This document shows, piece after piece, positions 1-12,200 of a stretch of DNA of 64,000 bases (within the stretch, counting starts at the first letter, position 1; each line of letters opens with the position of its first letter). Origin of the DNA: Mytilus trossulus. Its lineage: Eukaryota. The DNA lies in contig NC_086377.1 in assembly GCF_036588685.1 (NCBI RefSeq), positions 13,268,001 to 13,332,000 on the forward strand, given 5' to 3'. A model generated the notes under the pieces. It saw nothing but the letters and a program-made list of their open reading frames with translations. It was not told the origin of the DNA and searched no databases. A program made the translations under genes and the position numbers.

Positions 1-48
1 ATGTAAATAAAAATAAATAGATATACAGAAAGAAGGAAAGAACATCGG

Positions 49-614
49 TTAAGGTGGCTCGGGCCTATTCGTAATTTCTATCAGAAGTGCCGTATTTTTG
101 GTTATTTTATTCTTTAAAGAAAAAGAATCAAATTGGTCGCAAAAAAATAGGGGGTCACGGGCCATTTAAGCTAAAAAAAATTACTTTTAAACAGTTATGT
201 AAAAGGGACCATTTTTCAATGAAATGATAGGGAAAATAGAGGTGTTGACATATTTTTATCGGAATATCAAAAAAACGTTCTATGACATTTGGTCCAAAAC
301 TATAATATGAAAAGCTTGAATATAGCTTCAAAGAATGAGTCAATAAAAAACATAGGTCACCGATAAGGAAAAAAAAATATTTTGCCTTAAAACCCAAATT
401 TTTGCGCAAAAATGGTGAAAATGGGTGAAATGTCATTTTGACCCTTTAACAAGTACGGATAATAACGAAAATATTCTATTAGTCACATAACTACAATGAT
501 TTAACATTTCTAATCAATCAAAATATTTAAAAAAATTATATCGAATATACGACAAATACTTTTGTAATTCATGCGTGAAATTATGCGCAGTCGAATAGTC
601 CCGAGCCACCTTAA
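49..614. mobile_element. Non-autonomous TIR element (MITE) with TTAA flanks, Kolobok-like termini
   Basis: TTAA-GGTGGCTCGGGCCTATTCG at 49 and CGAATAGTCCCGAGCCACC-TTAA ending 614: ~19-bp TIRs, TTAA on both sides, no coding capacity. Confidence 0.8.
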
Positions 615-3206
615 AAAAATCAAGCATGTAAAACATAGAATATTGGAGCTCTCATAGGCAAAATATGTGTCATTGCCATGAAAGATAATTCAAATCGACC
701 ATATGATATGTAAGGGATAGTGTTCCATGTATAGGAATTCTTGAAAGGAGTTCTTGTGTGAGTGAAATTTAAGATTTGAATTTTAAGAAATAACATGCTT
801 AATAAATACATGATTTTTATCATTCTTCATCAAGTTAAAATTATTTAATATGAGCGAGAAATTCTAGTGAAGGAGTAATACAATGATTGTGTTCTGTTGA
901 AGTATTTGTGAAAATGTTAATTTTGTCCAGTACGACAGTGAAATTTTTACATAACATGTCATTTCAAAGACCTTAATTGTCAGCGTATATCAGGACGTAA
1001 ACCAAACAAATTTACATCCCCTTTTTGTTTCGTACCAGCTTAAGTAACCATGTTGTCTGAATTTTCCAAAGTATTTCATAAAATGAACGAACAAAATCAG
1101 GGTGGTACGTTGAAACACAAAAGATACTGTTAATTCAGAAATTATTGGGTGACTTTTATTATTGCTAATAAAGCAACTGGTTGGTAACTATAATAAGAAC
1201 TGTCATTTTGATATATGATAGAGATATCTCAATGTAGATTTTTTTTAAATCGTAATAATGAATATCGCTTTTTTTATTTTTCAAATATCGTAATAATCAA
1301 TGTACGTAATAATTTCTCATTTGAGAGTATATCTGTATCAATCAGAAGATTGTTTTATCTAATGCTTCCTCAACTGGCAAATTCAAGGGAACATTCTTGT
1401 AGTGGGCAATTTTCCTTTGTATGAAACCGGATAGGACGTTCTTTGATTTGGTGGCATTACTACTAAAGAAGAAAATCTGTTTGTATGCATATCTGTTTAA
1501 CTATTATTTATAGATAACTTTACACATTTGTGTGAGTAATGTGATATTAAATGAAAATTCGAGTATCCAAGCTGAAACAACTATTACTGACTCCATTTGT
1601 TTGATTGCAAATGAGAAAACTCTCCAAAAAGAGTACATATGACACATAAATTAACAGCCATAGTTCTTCGTACGGCATTCAATGAGCTTATCCTATACCG
1701 CATAGTCCGCTATTAAGGGCCCGAATAATGCATAATATGGCATTGAAAAAGCATCACACTTAAAAAATATTTGTCTATACATGTTTCAATGTGTATTTGT
1801 AACTTCTTTAACGAGGTGCATATCACCATTGCTTTTTCTCAATTAAGGTTTTTGTCAAATTGGCGTTTTAAAGTTATTGTTCAAAATTTATCTTTATTTT
1901 AAAAAAAGGCATTTTCATCCTGTCTAGTAATTCTAGGAAGATTTCACAACCAACACATTGCATAAAAGATCATAACCATCACCTTGAGTACACCAATCAA
2001 TAAGCTATTTCAAATGTCTTCTTTTCTGAAACTATCGAATCAAACAATTTCATATGAACTGAAGCTGAATGATCCTTAGCGTATCTAGAAAAAAACATAG
2101 TGTTTAATTCATTTTCGGTCCAAACACGTGGTCACCATGGCTAAAATAGAAGTTGGTGTAATATGCTGTGTTTGGTTTGTATCTCAAAAACAACACCATT
2201 GAGAGCAAATCAGACACAAAGTGAAAGTATTCATTAGATCTACCTGCCCCGAATCATCGAAATCGGATTTTTAGGTGAGTGCCCCTTAAAAGGTGATTTT
2301 AATGAAAGTTTGCAGTTTTCGGTTATCAACATGACTATTATTATAGATTAGGATTACCTGTTAACAGCAAAAATGTTCAGAAAAGATCTACAAATAAGAT
2401 TAATGACCAAAATTTTCATTTGACCCCTGAAGGCGGTATTGTCCTTTAGAGAACATTTTTTTCACACAATTTGTTCATCTAGTTTGCTTTCTTTTAAAAT
2501 TCTTTCTTTTGTAACTGCTGAATAAGTTTGAGATTATTTAGTATAAATTTTGTAATGTATTTCCTTTTGCGTCAAGAAACATTGCCACTATAGCTAAAAT
2601 AGAACATGGAGGTGACCAATTTAGGCTTTGGAAATACTTGTTTATTAATTTCTGTGTCATATATATTCATTGGTTGATTTCGTTTAAGAACATGGGAGTG
2701 GGTCTAGTACACGGAAAATAGTATGTTTAATTCCAACTATTAGATTGAACGAGAAGTTAAAAGTGTTATTTGAGTGCATAAGTGATTAGGGCAAGCCTCT
2801 CGCTCTATATGTCATAGTATATTCACTTGTATATACTAGCTATTTTTTTGACATGGAAACATCAAATACATGTAATTACGCATAAAAATCCGACTGCAGA
2901 TGAATCATGAATTACGAATAAAAAAGATGTCATCCAACAGGGAATTTCCAAATTCATCCTATCGACCAAAGTACAATTGTTCACTTCAATATATGTTACA
3001 AAGTTAATTCGCACACTGCATAAATAAGTATATAATTATTTGGAAACTTAGTCTCGTGCTACTTAATAACAATTTAAAACTTGAGGTGAAATTTAAGTGT
3101 TTTGTAATATCTGTGGTTAATATCTAATCAAGCTTTGTGAATGCAATATCTTCAAAAATAGTGTGCACATTTAAACATGGTTTAGAATACATGTTTGTTT
3201 CAAACC

Positions 3207-6200
3207 ATGGACAATCCGCTTTATAGAGAAAATATTGATTCTGAACTTGAGGAACCACATGGTAATAACACTGTAGAATCTATGACCATGTTCGACCGTG
3301 TGCTTAAAAAGGAATCATTCTGTTCTAAATATCGTTCGTTTCTGTGCGTTGTTGGTGGTTTGATAGTTGGTTGTTTTCTTACTGTTGGATTTTGTTATCT
3401 CTTCTTTAATCTAGGAAATAAACAAAACTGCAGTAATGTTCAATCAAGTGGTAAGTATTTTAGTACCTTACATAACATATATATCCATCCAATTACACAT
3501 GTATTAATTATGACTGTATGGAAATTTCGAAAAGTCTCTTGAACATTGAAGTCACTGGCGTTTACTCCATTTTTTCTTGTATTCCCAATCTTGAATCTTT
3601 GGCAGAATATCGGTAAAAAACAGCAGCAACCGACAACAAGATTGCAGGATAAAAAAACAGATTTGACTTTTATCAGAAAATGAAACTTGACATTTGCTTA
3701 GGGACTGTAAATATAACCATTATCAAATTTACCACTTTATACCAGCTTATAATAACACACAATATATTTTGAACACACACATAGTTATAAGTGAACTCGG
3801 TGATTATCAACAAAATGTCAACCTCGTGTAAAATAGATTACTCCAGAGCTAAAACGGTAATGCAAATCTGGATTGATGTTAATTATATACATGTAATTTT
3901 ATTTGTATATGTCATGGTTTGTACATTGTTTAAATGTCGTAAAATGTCACGATTTTAGTTTTATTTGACATGGATTAAATATAAAACTAAAGTAAGGTTT
4001 TCCCTTCGGTCAAAAGTACACTAAAGTAATCTTCGGTCATCACATTGAAAAACAGTGGACGATGATTGTTTTTATTATTATTATAAATTGTAAAAAAGGT
4101 TACGATTTTGAATTTTTAATGATATGGGATCTAATTATCAATTACCTACTATAATGATATATTTTGTCTCCTAAAGCCGTATATATTGTGGCATATAATA
4201 TGTAAATAACATGTGAAAATAAACGTTTTTTACAATAACATTTTTTTTTTCTATAGTTGGTGCAAGTAAACAGGACGACAATCAAATTTCCCGAATGGTT
4301 GAAGACGTGAACAAGACTAAAGAAGGTAATGTTGACATAAAATCAACTAAAATACAATAAACCTTATATTTCATGTTGACCCTTTGGCTAAAATCGCTGC
4401 ATTTTCACCTAAAAATTAACTTTTTAGTACAGACAAACCTGTGCATCTTGAAATATTTAGATGCATAACATGCTCTAGATAACTAGAATTCAAATGCATT
4501 GTTTGATTCAGAAAAATCATAACTTAACTGGATTGTGCTGTGCACTTTTTTTCGTCCCTGCTAAAATGATAAAATTAACAAACAGTTTTTCTTGATACGG
4601 CCCTTTAAACTTTTCAAGATGCATAGGTTTGACTGCAGTAAATTTTAAGGTGAAAATATGTCCATTTTAGCCAAAGGGTCCACATGAACCTTAACAATAA
4701 CGTGCATTCAGGTGATTTTTTGTGTCATAGTACATTTAATAAAATCCGGCCCTTATGTTGTATAGATTAATTGACTACCAACATTTGCCTTTTTTCCCAT
4801 TAATGATCCAAGGACAAGTTCTTTAATTAACATTTCTATTACACCTCCATGTATGCGGGTGCATTCGACTCCAATCTAAATTGACTAGGAATGTAATTTT
4901 TTCTATTGAAGGTCAGTAGTTTTCTCCGGGCACCCCGTCTTCCTCCACCAATAAAATCTGTCCGCCACAAAAAGCCAAAAATGCAGTGCATAAAAGTAAC
5001 TTTGAAACACAAAAAATCAAAATCAAATCATCTACATGTATATTTCCATGTTTAAAAAAGCATATTTGAGGGTTCATAGTGCATGTTAATCATCAAAAAG
5101 CGCTTACAACGCATATCATTTTTTACTGTTTATTTCATTTATTTACCAAACAATGATGTCCCTAAAATATTTATTCTGATATCATGTATACATAGATATA
5201 AGAAATAAATGTGTTCTGATTGTTGTGACTTTGTTTGTTTGTTATACATTTTAATTGACATTAATTCACGTTCATGATTTGCTTTTCCTTCTAGATCTCA
5301 TGGTTATTCACGATATGAGAAAAGAATTGGTAGACTATCTCAAGGATATTAAAAACACTACTCGTAAAGGTATTTTTATATAGTAGTACTCATATACAAG
5401 TTTTAAGTGTTTGAAAAGCCAGAAACCGAAATGAAAACTGATGATTGAAATCAGTTACCCCGGAAAGAGCAGAATTACATGTCACATTTTGCAACCATTG
5501 AATTTGACAGAATTTGTTCATTTGTTATACTAAGGTTTATCTACCTCAGGCATAGATTACCTTAGCTATATTTAGCAAACATGTTGGTCCTCAATGCTTT
5601 TCAACTTCGTACTTTGGACTTTTGACTTTGTATTATTCGAGCCTCATTGATGAGTCTTTTGTAGACGAAACGCGTATCTGGCGTATATACAAAATTTAGT
5701 CCTGGTTTCTATGATGAGTTTATTGATAACACATAATAGCATGACTATTCAACTGATGAGTGTGTATTGCAGAAAAAAAAATCATTTTTTTTTAAAAGGA
5801 CATCTGAATATATTATTTAGGTAATTTGACGCTACAATTCGGTACAAAAACGTAATTACGTAAGTACTTGCACATCTAGATGAGGGGCATCAATTATCAA
5901 AGATATAAAGCAACCAAAAAAATCTCGAAACATTACTTTTTGTTTTATAATGCTCTTTTTTATCTCTTCACTTGTAGAACTTTTGATAGTGAAGACGTCT
6001 TTTGATTCGACTTTGGATCTACTTAATGAGATACGTCAGACAAGTGAACAGGGTAAGCTTTCATTCTGTGGTTTTATTCTGTATTTATACATCCCGTCAT
6101 TGTGGTATTTTGCCCTGGGTAATGTTTGTTAGTATATTTGTTTGTTTTTAGAGTAATTCAGATAATAACACAATGATGACTGCTCTACATCTATTATCAA

Positions 6201-9200
6201 CTTTTTCATCTATTATGTCTGTTGGTTTTGTTCACACGTTTTTATCAATATTATGGAATTTTATGCAAATGTCATACAAGTGAGGGGTTTGGCTAGCTAC
6301 GCAACCAGGTTAAATTCACCATTTCCTAAATAAAAAAATTCCTTAGAAAGTCAGCAACTAGAAAGTTGTTTACCATTCGTTTAATATGTTTGCGCTTTTG
6401 ATTTTGTCATTTGAGACTTTCCTTTTTGAATTTCCCTCGTATTCATTTTTTATGTATTTATAGTCACTACTTGATCTATTTTATGAACAATCAAATGAAT
6501 ATGGAACATATACTATAGCGTATAAACGATCTATAAATATACATGCAAGTAAAGTTGGAGACGAAAATCGTTGATACAAATTTCAGGCAATGTGTAGGTT
6601 ATTAATAATAATAAAGGGCATTATGAGACAAGCTATAAATTTACATTACTTATTTTTCAGAGCTTTCAAAAATAAAGGAAACTAGAAACATAGCGTGGGA
6701 ATTTTATGCAGAATTCCGAAATAAAAGTAAAAATGGTAAGTAAGTGTTGAAATGGATGTTTCATGACGTTTTAAAAAAAAATTAAATGAAGTTATACGGA
6801 CCATAACTGATTGGGTATTTTATAGGGCATACACTAGTAAACAAAGGTAATTTTAAACATTATTTGCTTGCAATATGTCTAGTTTTTGAATGAGTTGTTG
6901 ATATAAATATAACATTTTATTTTAACATTGATTGATCGATTTATTTATGTTTTAGAGCAATTAAGCAAGACACAATCAACAAACCAGTTGTTGGAATTTC
7001 GTACAGAAATGCGAAACATGAATTTTAATGGTAAGTAAAATTAACCTGTTCGGCAGTCTCCTGAAAGTTGACATGGTTAATTAAGCTACACTTGTTGTTG
7101 AAATGTGTTTAACCTTATCTGCATTATGTTATTATTATTATGTATTCAGTAATTGTAAATGTCAAAAGATATCGTGTAATGTTGGTGTATATTAATAAAA
7201 CAAAATTTAAAATATTGTCCAAGCATACCACAATTATTTCTCCCTAAATCGATGCTATTTGCTACAGTATAATTTCATTTTATCAAATCTCATCAGCACG
7301 AACGTGTAATTTTAATTCTATATTTTTTTATCAAAGCTATTAAAGTATTACATGTAGTTGATTTTTTGTTTGATTTCTTTTTTAAAACACAAAATTGGGG
7401 AAAATATAAACAACAAATATGCCTATTACTATGAATATAGATTACAGGTACCATTCAAAACATATATTATTGCATAACAGTACGTATCAGTACAGAGGAG
7501 AATCAGACAATAAAGCATAGTATTGATGATGGAAATTAAAATGAATTATTCGCGTAATTGAATTTGAAAACACTATAAATGATGATCTTTTTAGAATTAC
7601 ATGTGTATGTAGCACACATAATTGAAAAATAGAAAAAAATTGTACGTAAACGTGTCGGACATGAAATAATTTTGGGGCTCTTTATAGCTTGTTGTTCGGT
7701 GTACATGGTGTAAGCTCCGCGTTGAAGCCCGTACATTGACCATAAATGGTTTACTTTTTTCAGTTGTTTTTTTGGATGGAGAGTTGTCTCGTTGGCACTC
7801 ACACGACATCTTCCTATATCTATATATAGATTTAGCAAAACATTTGTTTATCAAATCGTATCTTTTTAATTATAATAGCCACATGTACATGTAACTGAAA
7901 GATATAGTTCTTCAAATATTTCGCTTATTTCTTTTCTTTAAAAAAATCTTTTTTTTTTGGCTTGTTTTCTGTTGTTGCTTTAGTTATAGAAATTTATTTA
8001 TAATTTTAGTTTTGATACCACTTTATTTTGTCAACATTCCATTTTTACAGAAACAAGAATCCTACAAGAGTGGAGAAATGAAAGTAAGATACACTATCAA
8101 GAGTTTCGGAGAAAAAGTAAACAAGGTATTTAGACGTTTTATGAATATGAAATGTACATGTCAACTCTTTGATAACGATATTCAACAATTAAAATGATAG
8201 CAACTAACTATTCAAATGTTTTGCCGAACATTTTTTAATGAAAATTAAATTCAAATGACCTTGAAAGTAAACATCTGTTATAAATGATAAGCTGTTTCTG
8301 TATTGAACATGTTTAGATAAGATTTACATTTTTATGCCCCACCTACGATAGTAGAGGGGCATTATTTTTTCTGGTCTGTGCGTCCGTTCGTCCGTTCGTC
8401 TGTTCGTCCGTCTGTCCCGCCTCAGATTAGAGTTTTTGGTCAAGGTAGTTTTTGATGAAGTTGAAGTCCAATCACCTTGAAACTTAGTATATATGTGCCC
8501 TATGATAAGATATTTCTAATTTTAATGCCAAATTAGAGTTTTGACCCTAATTTCACGTTCCCTGAACATAGAAAATGATAGTGCAAATTTCAGGTTAAAG
8601 TTTTTGGTCAAAGTAGTTTTTGATAAAGTAGAAGTCCAATCAACTTACAACTTAGTATACTTGTTCCCTTTGATAAGATTATTCTAATTTTAATGCCAAA
8701 TTAGAGATTTTACCCCAATTTCACGGTCCAATGAACATAGAAAATGATAGTGCGAGTGGGGCATTCGTGTACTGAGGACGCATTCTTGTTTAAATATATA
8801 TAATCACTGACGTATGTATGTCCACAAAAACAAACAGTCACATTAAAAGACTTATAACATTTTTTTAACAAGTTTATTATGTACACTTGTAATTGTTGGA
8901 ACCTTTAATATAGCTTGTTGTTCGGGTGAGCCAAGGTTCAATGTTGAAGGCCGTACCTTGACATATAATGGTTTACTTTTATGAATTGTTATTTGAATGG
9001 AGAGTTGTCTTATTGGCACTCATGTCACATCTTCCTATACCTATGCACTTAAACAGTATAGCAATGTTACATAAAATGTATGTTGATATATCAGTCAATG
9101 AGAGTAAGGAATACTTCGATTTGACAGCAGCCAATACAAAACCAAAGAACAATCACAAAAAAGACATGTATTTATCAACCTGATCAGGATCCACTACAAA

Positions 9201-12200
9201 CATTACCTTCTCAAATACTTCAAAACATTCATATGTGACAAAAGACTATTACTGGGAGGGTTTATAGTCTTAAACATTCACATGACCATATTGTAGAGTT
9301 GAGCTATACGGTTTTATAGTCTTAAACATTCACATGACCATATTGTAGAGTAGAACTATACGGTTTTGTATTCTTAAACATTCACATGACCATAATGTAG
9401 AGTTGAGCTATACGGTTTTATATTCTTAAACATTCACATGACCATATTGTAGAGTTGAGCTATACGGTTATATATTCTTAAACATTCACATGACCATATT
9501 GTAGAGTAGAGCTATACGGTTTTGTATTCTTAAACATTCACATGACCATATTGTAGAGTTGAGCTATACGGTTTTATATTCTTAAACATTCACATGACCA
9601 TATTGTAGAGTTGAGCTATACGGTTTTATATTCTTAAACATTCACATGACCATATTGTAGAGTAGAACTATACGGTTTTGTATTCTTAAACATTCACATG
9701 ACCATATTGTAGAGTTGAGCTATACGGTTTTATATTCTTAAACATTCACATGACCATATTGTAGAGTTGAGCTATACGGTTTTATATTCTTAAACATTCA
9801 CATGACCATATTGTAGAGTAGAGCTATACGGTTTTGTATTCTTAAACATTCACATGACAATATTGTAGAGTTGAGCTATACGGTTTTATAGTCTTAAACA
9901 TTCACATGACCATATTGTAGAGTAGAGCTATACGGTTTTGTATTCTTAAACATTCACATGACCATATTGTAGAGTTGAGCTATACGGTTTTATATTCTTA
10001 AACATTAACATGACCATATTGTAGAGTTGAGCTATACGGTTTTATATTCTTAAACATTCACATGACCATATTGTAGAGTAGAGCTATACGGTTTTGTATT
10101 CTTAAATATTCACATGACCATATTGTAGAGTTGAGCTATACGGTTTTATATTCTTAAACATTCACATGACCATATTGTATAGTTGAGCTATACGGTTGTA
10201 TATTTTAAGTTACAGTTAAACTATGAAAATATTTAGTGTCACCCCTTTATAAATCAATATTTTCCTTTCAGATCTTATGTCCTTTCAGAAAATGAGATAC
10301 GAAATATTGAAAGTCCTAGCAGCTACTGACATGTGTGTGCGAAACGAAACTTTCAATATGACAGGTAATAACTATCGATTGTGTTTACCTCTTTATTGAT
10401 ACATAACTGTGTCTTTGAAGTGAGTAAAAAAAAGGGGCAACACCTTTTTGTCTAACTTTTTCTACAAATTTTGACTTGGATGGAAAGTTGTATCATGGAC
10501 ACTTTAAATCTACCTGAATTATGAAAAAGTCAAAACCTTAATATATCGTGGCATGCATGGTGGTAACACTGTCCCGTTTTCAGACTTTTTTTCTCATGTA
10601 TCCATCTAGAAAATTTGTCATTTTCATATTTATTAAGCAGTCATTATGATTCCATACACAACACTAACCGTCTGCATGAAATATGTTCAATATTTCAAAC
10701 GTTATATTTTGGTTATGTTGATTGATAATTTATGAGAAAATAATAGCAGACCCAAATGATTTGACCATTAATTTATACTTACTAGATCTTAACAATTGTC
10801 AAATTGTGTTATCACGGTTGAAGTTCCAGATAGATGACTTTTGTTAAAGAAAGCTAATTAAATATTATATTTCCTTACTTGTTGTGAATAAGAAACAATT
10901 TCAAAGAAAATGTAGCAATACACGCAATATTATCATCAGTTTGATCAATTGATTTCCAGAGCCAACACAACCAACAGATATTGTAAACACGCGGCGGGAT
11001 TGTCTAGCATGGAAACAGAATGGTAGCCTGACCGATGGGGTATATAGTATTAGTCCTGATGATAATACGATACTAGATGTATACTGTGACATGACAACAG
11101 ACGGCGGTGGTTGGGTTGTAAGTATAATAATTTACAAATATTTTTTTCAACATAGGATATTATTTTTGACAAATGTGTTATGGTTGGTAAGTTTTGATTT
11201 GATGATTTCTCGCGCTGTCCCACTTATAACTTTGTGTATGTACATAGACGAAAAGTTATTATGTATACCTAATGTTTGTTTTTTTAGTAAACTTTAAGAA
11301 TGATTTTGCATATGCGTAATTTGGACCTTCGAAAATCTGATATATATTGGGTAACTACGTGACATTTTTGGTATAAGTGAAAAACAGTTAATGAAGATCA
11401 CACACTCAATCTTCACCATAAGTTGTAAAAACAACACTCCCGATTATTATCATCAACTTGAAATACTTAAGAACGATTCTACAGGATCAAAGGTTTTACA
11501 ATTAGAAATTATCTACAAGTATGTTGTACTTGAACTACATGTCACTGACATGTGAATTTTGTGAATTAAAGATTACAATCTGTACAGTATAAGTGATATC
11601 TATTTTTATCGGCATTAAACGAAAACAATGATAATGATTAAAATAAAATGGCAATGCAAACAACGACTCATCTTTATGCCCAATTTATGGGCATTATGTT
11701 TTCTGATCTGTGCGTCCTTTCGTCCGTTCATTCGTCGTGCCGTCCGTCTGTCCCGCTTCAGGTCCAGGTAGTTTCTTATGAAGTTGAAGTCCAATCAGCT
11801 TGAAAGTTATAAATATGTTCCCAATGATATTATCTTTTTGAATTTTAATGCCATATTGGATTTTATCTCATTTTCACGGTCCACTGAACATAGAAAACGA
11901 TCGTGCGGATGGGGCATCCGTGTACTTGAGACACATCCTTGTTATTTTTATTTGTACAAATAGGTGTTCCAGAGGCGAATTGATGGCAGCGAAAATTTCT
12001 TCAGGAACTGGCAGGCGTATGAAGATGGTTTTGGAACCATCCACGGAGAATTGTGGATAGGTTATATTTGATTGATTTGTTTTAAATTCATAACTTAGTA
12101 ATTCACTCGGATTGGACATGAATTAATTTTAGAAGACCATTTATCATGTTTGTATTTTTATATTTATCGAATTATTTTTACGAAGAACACTTATTGTAAG

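Noticed and set aside
9257-10205. CRISPR-like array
   Set aside because: Units are contiguous with no unique spacers, there are no cas genes, and it lies in a eukaryotic intron.
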